The notes under the pieces were generated by a model. The model worked only from the letters and a program-made list of their open reading frames with translations, ran no database searches and was not told the origin of the DNA. Positions 38,246-49,908 of a stretch of DNA of 64,000 nucleotides are shown piece by piece. A program made the position numbers and the translations under genes. Source of the stretch: Podospora anserina (taxonomy: Eukaryota); assembly GCA_017654855.1 (NCBI GenBank), contig CM030338.1, forward strand, positions 3,410,001 through 3,474,000, read 5' to 3'. Position 1 is the stretch's first letter, and every line of letters starts with the position of its first letter.

Positions 38246-39296
38246 TCACAGCATCCCTTTTGATACCTCATCCTTCCTTTCCTCCCACAAGGTCTTCCCC
38301 GTGCAGGAGCAAACAGTCTTATCATTATCCCAAACCCCGGCACTCCTCGCGATGATCCCAACCACGGTGTTCTCATCATTGGTCAGGGGCTTCCCCTCGT
38401 CGCTCTCGTCATTGGGCGAGATAACCAGAGCGTGGCCGATGACCTCCCACACCTGGAAGGGGTGGTTGAGGAAGACGGTTCCCCGTCCGTCTGATCCTAT
38501 CTCTACCGTACCCAGGATTCCACGAGGGGTGGTGGGTTTTGTTTCGCTGTCAGCAGTTGTTGTGGTGGTGGTCCCGCTCCAGATGGGGCCCGCAGAGGTG
38601 ACCCCGTCCTGGAGGTTTCCGTAGGCGCGGATGGTGGCCCGGTATTTTCCTGGTGAGAGGCCGCGGATGGTGAGGTCGACGACTGTTTCTGTGGGGCTTA
38701 CTTGGACCATCCTGGCGAGGCCGCGGACGAGGCGTTGGTTGATCCAGCTGCCGGCTGGCTTGCTGGCTGAGGCGGAGGCGGCGGCTTCTTGGACGGAGCG
38801 GCGGTAGTAGGTTTCCAGGATGCTTACTGCCGCACCTGGAAAGATGTGCGTGTGAGAAACTTGAGGTGGGGAGGGATAGGTATGAGAAGAAAGGGGGGGG
38901 CTTACTGTTTGAAGCTCCTGAACCGCGGAGGATGGCATCACGTCCGGTGGCTTGAATGGCATCGACGATGGCTGATGGCGGTGCTATGCAGAGGGAGAAT
39001 GTGTGAGTTTTCTTATTTGAGGACACGGTTTATGAAGGGACTCACCGGTTCCTTCAATTGTCACCAGCTGCTCCTTGACGTCTGGTTCAACCTTTGTGAT
39101 GCCGGATACTTTGAACAAGGCTTGCGAAATGTCTTTGGCGCAACTTTCACAATGCATGGGCACTGCGAAGAGAGTCTGAAGAGCCAGATATTGTGGTTAG
39201 CCTTGTTCCTGAGTGAGGCTAAGGCAAGCCCTAGAAGATCCCATGATCTCAACTTGGCAGTCTGAGACGTACCTGAAAAGGGGTTGTAACGGCCAT
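38246..39296 (-). CDS. CCS1: Copper chaperone for Cu/Zn superoxide dismutase. Exons 39296..39273, 39175..39046, 38983..38906, 38835..38246; possible upstream in-frame start at 39509
   Basis: ATX1-like domain TLFAVPMHCESC, SOD-like domain (VRGLARMVQV, VWEVIGH), and C-terminal GIIARSAGVWDNDKTVCSCTGKTLWEER. Confidence 0.93.
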
Positions 39297-40164
39297 TTTT
39301 AAAGAAGATGCGGTTGCCGCTGAGACTATTGGTGAGTTAGGACTTTTATTTCCTGGGAATATTGGCGACTGGGATCGCTGCTGTTGCTGTTGTTGCAGAT
39401 GGAGAAGCTGCCGTCGATATGTGTATGCGCCTGCAGATGCTAAGAGGGCGATGCCACTGAGACTGTATGCAATGGGTTTTGTGAAGCTGAATTTGGGGAT
39501 AGGAGGCATCAACCAGCCAACCAACTAACAAGCCTTGATTCAGACAGATAGACGAGATGACTCGATGAGCAAGATGTTCGTTGGATAGAAGCAATGTCAA
39601 CTTCTGCTTGATGATAGAATATGAGAATGTGGAGATGGCACGGTCAAATGGATCTAATGTGAATCTTTCAGGGACTTGCTTTGAAATCCAACTTTTCTCT
39701 TAAATAATAATTCCGTTATGTCTTCGCCGCCTTCCATCAGCTCATCGATCGCGGGGCAGTTTCAAGGCTCACCAACCGCGGGGCAGTAGGCGGCATGGGT
39801 TCCAGCTGTTTCTGGGGATCCACCTTTCGCTCTCTCTTAACCGTTGTAGCCCGTGCACACGCATTTCCACGCCTCTCGGTATGCTCGGTAAAGGTCACCA
39901 CTCACCGACGGTGAGGAAGCTGGACAATTTTTTGGGCCCCATTGACCAGACCCTTCCGACAATCGCGACTCCAACCAGCTCAATTGACACCCCTCCCGCC
40001 AAACTCACCTCCGCCATATTTTGATACCCCTTGCGGAAAGAGAGGTTCAATTGAGACCAAAAAGGTGGTTCCCGTTTCTTGGTGCGACAGTTTAATGAGG
40101 GACTCGTTCCCAGGGGCTTGATTGCTTCACTTTTCTCAAAGAACCCCAACACAAACCCGCCACA

Positions 40165-40786
40165 ATGTCTCAAACTATAGGCTCTGTAATGCTGCCTCCC
40201 CCGCTTGAGTATTCTTGAGCTTCAGACTAACATCGCTGCCTTTCAACAGACCCGCCTTGCCTACTCAAGAGTATGGCACCACATCTCCGCCTCGGCCCCC
40301 CACCCAACCCTCTCAACCGTCAAGTCCCCCCCGGAAGCCGTCACCCCCCCCTCGCTCGGCCGTCTCGCCTCCCGTATCGCCATGATCCTCATGGGCAAGC
40401 ACAAGCCCATCTGGGACCCCTCCACTGACTGCGGCGACTATGTCGTCGTCACCAACTGCGCGGCGCTGTACACCACCGGTCACAAGAAGTGGAGGAAGAC
40501 ATACTACCGCCACAACACCAGACCGGGTTCGCTGAGGACGATTACGATGGATGTGCTTATGGATAAGTTTGGCGGTGCCGAGGTGTTGAGGAAGGCGGTT
40601 AGTGGCATGCTGCCCAAGAACAGGTTGAGGGACAAGAGGCTGGCGAGGTTGAAGGCTTTCGAGGGGAATGCCCATCCGTATAAGGAGAATATTATCAGGT
40701 TTGGGGGGAAGAAGGTTGGCCAGACTGGGTGGGAGGATATTGTGAAGGCGGTTAGGGAGGGCGATAAGGCTACGATCCCGTCATGA
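40165..40786 (+). CDS. MRPL23: Mitochondrial ribosomal protein uL13m. Exons 40165..40185 and 40250..40786
   Basis: MSQTIGS|TRLAYSRVWHH...LGRLASRIA..LMGKHKP...DCGDYVVV...LRKAVSGMLPKNRLR. Intron 40186..40249 carries an ACTAAC branch site. Confidence 0.93.
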
Positions 40787-41513
40787 AGGGGTTAAGGCGC
40801 GGTGATGGGTTGTAACAATAGAGTATAAAATCATGGAATGGAACTGGGTTTGGTATACGTGACGTTGAAGGCTACTGATGGCTGGTTTTTCTGAAATTCA
40901 GATATCTGTATTTGCACGGTATGGGATTGCCAGGGGGCGTAAAGCTGAGATTATGGGTGGTCAAAATCTTGTCTGTACATACATTATTTTGGGTTTGAAT
41001 GTAGTTCTTGGAAACCATAACTGCTCGGGATCCCAATTCATATGTTTCTGAAGTGGTGCTTGGGTTTAGCTGAGACAGAAGAATAAACTATCAAATCGAG
41101 AATGGTTATGTTGTCTACGTGAAGCCTTCTTGTATACATGATACTCGCAGCATCTCTTCTACAGTTATACCACATTGACAGAGCGGCAGTGATTCACTCT
41201 TCTACCACACCTAGAGATTAGACTCCTCGGAATCATGTGTGCATCAACTCAAAGGTGATATGAATTGCTGATATCTCAAAATGCTAATAAATAGCAACGC
41301 CATCTAAAATGCAATAGACCAAAACCAAAAACTAAAAAGTCAAACCCCCCTGTCCCAGATGCTTGCCTGTCGCTGCTATGTCCCCAAAAAATATGTTGAC
41401 CAGGGTAACGCCATGCTCATGATCCTCGTACAACAGCTTCTAACTTGTCTTGCGAAAAAAGCAGTAGAACTCAAAATCCAAAACAGTTTAAGAAAAAAAA
41501 AAGTGTGAGGTGC

Positions 41514-42521
41514 TTAGGAGCGAGTGACCTCGCACTTGATGAGGCCATTGGGGCCAGACTGGGGAGCGTACACCTCGGCGTCCTTGCCGGTGTTCTTGTA
41601 GCCCTTGTGCCAGCTGAGGTCTGTGTCATGTTTTGTTAGAAAATCGCTTTTCTTGAGAAGAAGAATGATAGAAAAAGAAAACATACCAATCTCAAAGTAG
41701 TGCTTGTTGGGCAAAGAGTAGCCAACAACCTCCACCTCGGCCGCCTTCTCCAAGATCTCCTCGCACATCTTGTACATGGTGTTCTGGACCGAGGCGGACT
41801 CGTCCTCGGCGAACGTCTTGAGGGTGATGTTGCGGGCCGCCTCGAAAGCCTGGTCGAACCTCTCAACGCCCTTCTCCACGTCGGCGACGGTGGCAAAGGT
41901 CTTCCAGTTCCAGGTGGCATCAACGTCGGTAGACAGGATACGGTCCCAAGTCTCGCCGAGGGTGGTGTACTCGTCCCGGACGAAGCCGTGGAAGGCAGAG
42001 CCGGTGGACTTAAGGACGGAGAGACCCTGGATGGCGGACTTGAGCTCAATGCCAGCCTCGCGGGAGACGCGAGCTTCCACGTTGCGGGTCTCGTTGCCGT
42101 CGCGGTAGAAGCTGTGGGGGTGGGGTTTGCCGTCGATGTTGATGCGAGTCCATCTGTGAACGATCACCTTGATGTTGGCGGCGTTGATGTGGGGGTACTT
42201 GTCGAGGAAGTGCTGGCCGAGGTGGGCGGCGTAAAGCTCAGGGGGGTTGACGGGGTGCTCCTTGGCCTTGATGTAAATGGTGTTCTTGATAGAATCGGTA
42301 GCCACAACAACGCTGTTGTCGGCCTCGGTGTAACTGAAAAGAGGGTTAGTCTTTGTTGGAACAGCTTTCAGGGATTATACATACGAAGTCTCAATCTGGC
42401 CCTCGAGAAGGCAGCAGACGGTCATCTCAGTGACGGACTGAGTGCCGGTAGCCTCATCCTTGTGCACCTTGTAGACACGGACATTGTCCTTTCCATAGCG
42501 AGCAGCAGCAAGACGAGCCAT
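41514..42521 (-). CDS. Uricase (urate oxidase). Exons 42521..42385, 42333..41687, 41620..41514
   Basis: ARYGKDNVRV, VVATDSIKNT, VLKSTGSAFHGF, DRILST, SASVQNTMY, YSLPNKHYFEIDLSW and PNGLI. Two canonical introns. Confidence 0.97.
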
Positions 42522-42924
42522 TTCGACGATTGCGTGTGTGTGGTTGGTGTTTGTGTGCTGAGGGTATTTGCAAAGCTTTTTAGAATATGAGAAGCTGATG
42601 AACGGCTTCGGAGGGGACTAATGCAAGAGAGAGAGCAAAGTGGATTTGAGTTCAAATTACAAGACAAGGAAGAAGCTGTTTGTGTAGACAGAAGACGAGA
42701 GGTTGGAGAGAGTGGACGACGGTGAGTCTTTATACAAACCTTAAAGGTCCCAACCAACGAACGGATGTGGACAGCTGCGAGGAAGCACGACACCACCCAC
42801 CCCCGCGGGCAAAGGAACGTCAGCACAAGCAGGCGTGCCGAAGATGCAGATCGGACGGCGCCTCGCGGCGTTCTGGTCCCGCCCGTGTAAGCAGCAAGCC
42901 GGCAACAGGGACAAGTGGATTCGC

Positions 42925-42936
42925 CGGAGTCCGCCG
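42925..42936. promoter_or_regulatory. CGG-N6-CCG Zn2Cys6 site (UaY/PCO-1-type) upstream of uricase
   Basis: CCGG-agtccg-CCGA, one mismatch from TCGG-N6-CCGA, about 400 bp upstream of the uricase ATG. Confidence 0.45.
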
Positions 42937-43490
42937 ACTGCCAACCCCCAACGCCCAGGGCTCTCCCCCGCGCAGAGCTCCCGGAGGCTTGCGACACCGG
43001 CCGATCGTTCAATCTTCGGCTTCTATTCCCTGTAACCTCTCTTCAACATCCCCAGAATCTGGTCTGATCTCTCTGACCCCTTGCAGTAGCCTTGCCTTGC
43101 TAGCCATGTCTTGTCACTTCTGACGGAGGACTTACAAAGCTGAAGACTGCCCTCCCGCCGTTCGAGTTCCGACGACGACGACGACGATGAGACAGCCTGG
43201 AACCTGGAACCTGAAAGCCCCCACTCTCTCTGACCTCTCCCGGCACAGTCCGGATTGCGGGGTTCGACGCCCCTCCATACGCCACGCACCGTTGACAACA
43301 GGTTATCATCGGCATCGTGCGACGAAAGGATGGCTAACAAGACTTGGGGATGGTGCGGCTGCTCAGCTAATTGAGACCTCCAAAGCATAAAGCTCGCCTT
43401 GAGCGCTTGTCGTCACACAGATGATCGCTAGAATCCCACCTCGCACAGCATGGGCAAGATAAGGCGGCCGTTAGCTTTGCGGATGGTCCA

Positions 43491-43517
43491 TCTTATCAGT
43501 GATTGAAGCTGATAAGA
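43491..43517. promoter_or_regulatory. Inverted GATA-site pair (AreA/NIT2-type)
   Basis: TCTTATCAG-N9-CTGATAAGA perfect inverted repeat, with further GATAA sites near 43303 and 43458, in the uricase/Rictor divergent promoter. Confidence 0.5.
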
Positions 43518-44324
43518 ACAGCTCTGCCCTCATCCAACACTCTGATATGAGCTGTTGACCCAGGCAATAGTAAGCATAGCTGTGACTCGAGAGATTCAAC
43601 ACTGGCGTCCCCTCTCATTGCACATGTTCAAGAACTGATCAAGTGAAAACTGAAAATGCAGGAGCAGAACCTCCAGGACGCTGGCAAGAGACCCTAACCC
43701 TCATCGGTGACACTTGCACCCAAACACAAACACATTGCGACCATAGTAACGTGGCATAGCACGCTAGATGGTTCGCGGGGAGACGCCGAGGAAGTGGTGT
43801 GCTTATACATGCCAGGAAATTTGTGTTTTGACAGTAAACAAAGTTCGTAGTACTTGTAACTGCTGTTCACCATCTTCAATGTTGGAATACAGAGCCGTGG
43901 GAGTCTAGGGCAAGCACTGTGCGCACCGACCACCACCTTCGTGATCCATCCCTCAGATCCCGGCTGCACAACGACTGGAGAAGTGGATCATCGCCAGGAA
44001 CTTGGCTCCTTCCTCCGCCCCGACTCCCTGAGAGTACCCGCATGATAGTTTGATACGGACGTACGGTGCCGTAACAAGCAGTTGAAAGGCGCACGCGACT
44101 GGACCGCGCCCACGGTACATTGCAATGACCATCTACGTCACATAGGTAGCCCTCACCCGCACCCAACTCTTTTGGGGGAACTGTCGATAACCTCGAGAAC
44201 GCCGAGAATCCATGCGCCGGCCAAGGGGCAACCACCAATTGGCCCCGGCGAACGTTGCGAATCGAATGCAAATTCCGACCGAAGACACGACGAGAGCGTC
44301 GAGAGCGTCGAGTGTGGAGGGCAA

Positions 44325-47300
44325 ATGGCCGGGCCATCCACCATGCTGAGCGCCTCGGCGACGCCCACGCAAAAGTCCTATGTATCGCAGCAACAGTCGC
44401 CGTTACGCCAGCAGCAAGGACAACAGCAAGGACAGCAGCAGCAGCAGACACAACAGCAACAACAGCAACAACAGCAACAACAGCAACAACAGCAACAACA
44501 GCAACAACAGCAACAACAGCAACAACAGCAACAACAGCAACAACAGCAACAACAGCAACAACAGCAACAACAGCAACAACAGCAACAACAGCAACAACAG
44601 CAACAACAGCAACAACAGCAACAACAGCAACAACAGCAACAACAGCAACAGCAAGTGGGCAGCTATGCATCCACTATTTCAAACCCTCGACCTAGCCTCG
44701 ACCGCGGCGATGGATTGCAACCTCCAGGCGCCAACGCTGGCAGGAATCTCTCGGCCTCTGCCGTTACCTTTGCGTCCAGGGGTGGCTCGTTGAACCCGTC
44801 ACCCATGCCGGGGAGCTTCAGCTCTGAGCTCCGGAGCCAGCTTAATCTTTCCCGCGCCGGTTCGCGAGCCGACATGTTTGCGCTGGAGAAACTGGACGAG
44901 GACGATAACCGGACACAAGAGCGCAACATTGCCTACCTTCGAGATGCCCTGAGCCGAGAGTTGAAGATAAAGGAAGGGAGCGAGAATATGCTGGAGGCAC
45001 TGAACAGCAAAAAGGCAAAACAAACGAAGGAGCAGCGTCAGAGGGTCGAAGCCGAGCTTCTTTCGTCAAGTAAACGGATCAAGGATTTGCGACAGAGGAT
45101 CACGGATGCTCAACAAAGGACAAAAGCGGGACCAACAACACCTACGAGGTCCAGGATCGATGTCACGATAGCGGCTGGAAGTGGTTTGCGGTCACCGCCT
45201 AGTCTTTCCAGGAGCGGGGCTGGATCTGACATTGATGAGCCGACTGAGTCTCCAACATTTGCGCTTGCCGAAACTCTGCAAGCCCTTGAGGTGGCCGGCA
45301 TGACACCAGATTACTATGTCTCCAGAGCCAATAGTCTCGTTGACTTGTTCAGGAGGCATCCAACTCTCAAGTATGATCTGGTCTGGTCTGTATTCGGGCT
45401 TCGAATGCAAGCGCTCCTCATGAGTGAAAGTCGCGAGGTGGTTGCTGCTGGTTACCGGATGACTCGATACGCCATCTCTGATATTACTTCACTCCAGAAT
45501 ATCCGTACCCTTAACACGGATTACCTAGTCACATGGTAAGCCCAAGCTATTGTACCGCCTTGACTTTGCATAGGAAGAGGATGCTAATGTGTGGTATCAG
45601 GTCTTTGGCAAAAGACCGAAAGTCTGATGTTGAACGAGAGCAGGCACTCAAGTTTGTTCGCGCTTTTCTTGATGTCAAGGATGGTGTGAGGGAAATCTCA
45701 CGGGCCGTAGTCAGGGCCATTGCTGCCGTGGCAGAGGAGCCAGAAGAAAGGCTACGGCCGATTTGTCTGGAGACGCTGGCGGAAATTCTGGTTCGCGACC
45801 CTCGTCTCCTCATAGCCTCGGGGGGGCTGGCCCCGTTACACGAAGCTCTTGCGGACGGGTCATACAAAGCCTCAGAAAGTTTGACCGCAGCGTTTCTTTA
45901 CCTCCTCGATGCGCCAGAGCGGCGTCAATATCTCCGCCCTGGGAATGAGTTGGAGGTTCTTTTCACGGCATTTACAGACGAGCTGTCATCCAATGAGCGC
46001 ATTCTCAAGCAAAGCGCCAAAGCTATTTCGTCAGCCCTCAAATCATGGTCTGGTTTAATGAGCCTGTCCATGTACAACTTCCGTGCGATCAGGTCCATGA
46101 TCAACAGCATGGTCGCACAAAAAGGATCTATCAGAGAGACCATCATGGATCTGATATTTTCCCTGTTGCGAATCAAATCCCCAGCGTGGGCAACTTCGTT
46201 TCTTGCCGGAAGACGTCTCACCACCTATGGCCGGGTCACAAACCTCAAAACAACCACCACCACCACCACCACCACCAAAGCCGCCCATGGTGAATACGAA
46301 GACGACGGAGGCGAGCAAAATTTCGTCGAACACTATACGGCACTGTTGCTTGCCATATTTATCAAGTCCGGAGTGGTGCCAGGCCTCCTGAAAATGACAC
46401 AAGACAATGAAAACCCAACTCTAAAACGAAAATCAACGTTACTTCTAGGGGAAGTTTTGAAGTTGGCAAGTCACCTGCTTCCACGCTCGTGGAGCAGTGA
46501 GATACAGCTGCTTCCTGAATTGTTTATCACCGCTGCCCGGCTGGGGGACGAGAATCGATTCACGGCCTCTGGAGTCATCTTTCAGATCAGCAGCGTGAGC
46601 AGAACGTTGTACAGATCCTCTCCCTCGTCCTTCCTCCCTTCTCCAAGCAACAATATCGATCTCAGCATCTTAGATGAGCACCCCAAAAGCAATACGGCAG
46701 CGGTCAACTGTGACGATGCCACGTTCAGAGTGCTTCTCCTTGATTCGGTGGTGCTGAATAGTTCTAACTACAATAAGTGGAATTGGGATGTAATACTTAA
46801 GCTGATTGAGGGACCGCTGGTGAATGGAAAGAGGCTTGAAGAGGCCGTGAAAGCATCCAAATTCTTGAAACGAATCATGAGCTTTTATCGTCCCTTCAAG
46901 TACAGGTTCTCTGCCCTCAAGAGCTCGCGAAGCACGCAAAAGTATGTGCGGGTTGGCTGTGCGCTGATGCATACTCTGCTGCAGAGCCCCGAAGGCGTGA
47001 GGTATCTGACAGATAACAAACTGCTGCGGCAGATTGCCGAGTGCCTGGCGCAGTGCGACCCAACGAGTGGATTAACAGCTCAGGATCCCATGTTCTCCCG
47101 GGACGGCCTCACAGATACGTTGAGTGGCGGATACTTCCCTATGCTTGGTGTTCTGAGCGGGGACCCCAAGGGCATTCAGATGTTAGACCGGTGGCGCATC
47201 TTCAACATGCTTTACCGAATCGTCGATCTCAAGCAGCGGCCAGACATCATCAAGCTCATGATCTCCAACTTTGACTATTCAATTCAGGGTCATTCTCGGA

Positions 47301-49093
47301 TTATTTTGTCCAAGTCCTTGACAGCAGGGACCAAGGACATCAGAATTCATGCTACGAATGCGCTGCGGAAGTACGCAACACGTCCGCGGTTGGACGCCCA
47401 AGGCCATGAGCCTGTTGACTCGAAATGGGCCATCCAACTTTTGGTCACTCAGCTTTATGACCCAGAAGTGGAGGTCTGCCAAACGGCGGTCAAAATTCTC
47501 GAAAAGGCGTGCAATACTCAAAACCACTTGAAATACATTGTCGAGTGTCGGCCGGCACTAGATCACTTGGGTGAGATAGGTGCTCCCCTCCTCTTACGCT
47601 TCCTATCGACCTCGATTGGGTATCACTACCTCGATGGGTTGGACTACATTAGCAACGAGATGGATGATTGGTTCCTCGGGCGAAACGACTCCTATGTCGG
47701 TGTCATTGAAGCCAGTCTAGCGCGATCCTTCATGGACCATCAGGACGACCACACCAACCGAATAAGCGTCTTTGATGATGAGCAGGAGATGGAGGCCGAC
47801 AGCCACGTTCCGCCACACTTCTACCGTGAGCTTACCCGCACCCAAGAAGGCTGCCGGCTTCTTAGCGACAAGGGTCACTTTAACGAGTTTGTCACCACGA
47901 TTCGCGAGCATGGCATGCAATCCGACGACCCAGAAATGATGGTCAAGGTCAAAGGTTGTCTTTGGGCGGTAGGTAACGTCGGATCAATGGAGCTCGGCGC
48001 CCCGTTCCTGGAGTCTTGCGATGTTGTGGAGCAGATCATCAACATTGCTCAAAATCACGAAGTCATGAGTCTCCGCGGCACTGCTTTTTTTGTCCTTGGA
48101 CTCATATCACGTTCCATTCATGGACTGGAGATCTTGTCGGAAAATGGGTGGGACTCCAACACAAACATTTTGGGGCAGTCTCTCGGCTTCTGCATCCCTA
48201 CCGAGTTGGACCAGCTGTTTTCTCTCAAGCCCTGGAAGCACATACCGGTAACCAACATTCAACTACCTGATGCCCAAAAGACAGAAAGAGACAAACTGCC
48301 ATCTGTCCCGTCCCGCCCGAGGTCGCTGAGTCTTATCAAGGCTATCCAAGCAGAGGCAGATGCCCAGGAAGACACGCCAACAGGGTCGGTGCCGGAGGAG
48401 ATCCAGCGCGTTGAGCTAGATCCGGACCCGGTAAACCAGAGGATTCTGGAGCTGATGATTGACATGGCGAACATGGTGCTATACCGGAGGGCGAGGGCAG
48501 AGTTGATGCACATCAAGCAGCAGACGCAAGTGAGGCATCAGCAAGCTCAGGCACAAACGCAGCCGCAGACACCAACGCAGAACAATCAGAAAAGAGTTCT
48601 TGGGAGTGGGGCCTCGTCGTTTTCACAGCCACACTTGTTTAGAAGGGTCATGGGCTTATTGGAGTCCCATCACTACCGCTTGCAGGATAGAGCGATGATA
48701 GTAGGGTTATTTGAACGGAGCGTGTTTAGGGCGATAGTATATGGGGATGAAGACAGTCAGGAAGAGGGGGGAAGCAGTGAGAGTGAAAGTGATTCTGACT
48801 TTGGAGACGCAAACCAGGCGGGCGTGGGTCAGAGAAGGCAGGGGTTTGTTATGCAGCGGGATCAGCAACACCTACAGCAGCAGCAGGAGCGGAATAAAGA
48901 GGAGGGGAGCAGTGGGGAGGAGAGTAGTGATGAAGAGGAGGATGAGAGTGACGACGATGATGCTTATAGTGGAAGTGAGGGGGATGAACAGAGGACGGAA
49001 CGGCTGAGGAGTGTGAGCGATCCCGCGGGAGGCAGCACTACCAGGAGACATGGAACGGGGAGGGGGAGAGGTGGCACTCAGGGGGCGTTCTGA
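44325..49093 (+). CDS. AVO3: TORC2 subunit Rictor (Avo3 / S. pombe Ste20) with an N-terminal HR1 domain. Exons 44325..45535 and 45601..49093
   Basis: HR1-like region (LSRELKIKEGSENMLEAL), then VEREQALKFVRAF, FLAGRRLTTYG, WNWD, LVTQLYDP, PPHFYREL, LWAVGNVGS and SLRGTAFFVLGLIS. Intron 45536..45600. Confidence 0.95.
44451..44654 (+). repeat. Coding tandem repeat giving 68 consecutive Gln; core is (CAACAACAG)21 at 44457..44645
   Basis: Perfect 9-bp unit, counted directly from the sequence. Confidence 0.95.
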
Positions 49094-49908
49094 CAGGGAT
49101 GGATTTGTAGCAAATGAGATGGCCAGATGGGTTGTTTTTGGATCTGTCCTGGAACTGCTATATTGTAGATTCTCAGCGTGGGGGTTGCTGGGGTTTGATA
49201 TTTTGAGCGGGCGAGTCTTTACTGTTTCACGTTGTGTTTTTTTTTTTTTTTGGTTTATATCGTGCATATCAAAAGGCGAAGGTGGCCGATGGGAATGGTC
49301 GGATCATGGTTACGTCGTCACGTCGACTTGCATATACTTCTGGTCAGAACACAGTGGGATGGCATAAGCGGATTGGCGTTTGTAAAGAAAACATGGTAGC
49401 CAGACGAGAGACAATTTGAAGGCTGTGAACATATCATCATGTTTGCGGGTCACAAACAAGTGTTGGCCAATCGTCTTACAAGGTGCTCCCATGCCTATGC
49501 TGTCTGTCAGAACGGTGATAGGAACAACTTCTATTTGGTGCATCTTTCAGAGTCAAGTAACACAAAGCATACATGCGATGAACCTATCTTCTTTCTTCGG
49601 TCAAGTCGCATGCTGCAGACACCGAGTTGCTCGTAGCCATGGACTGCATAATACGTAACGGCGTACTCCATCGACAATTCCATGGCACCCCACCGTCTGT
49701 TGCACCCCTCCTTTGACCTCGCCCACCCCCACCACCCACTCAATCATCACTTATTACTCGGTAATCACTCACTCAGCCTCTCAACATCAACCGCAAGAGA
49801 TTTCTGAAACCCCTTTGATCTTTCAGAGACTCGGGTTTTTTTTTTATAAAAAAAATATACAAAAAAAATTAAAAAAAACTTCCTGTGAAGCCGGTCAAAA
49901 TTTCCAAA

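Noticed and set aside
43230..43280. GGTTCGACGCCC B-box/T-arm-like sequence
   Set aside because: No matching acceptor stem or D-arm upstream.
43876..44793. ORFs reading poly-VAV, poly-L, TAT and NSN
   Set aside because: Alternative frames and the antisense strand of the CAACAACAG repeat in Rictor.
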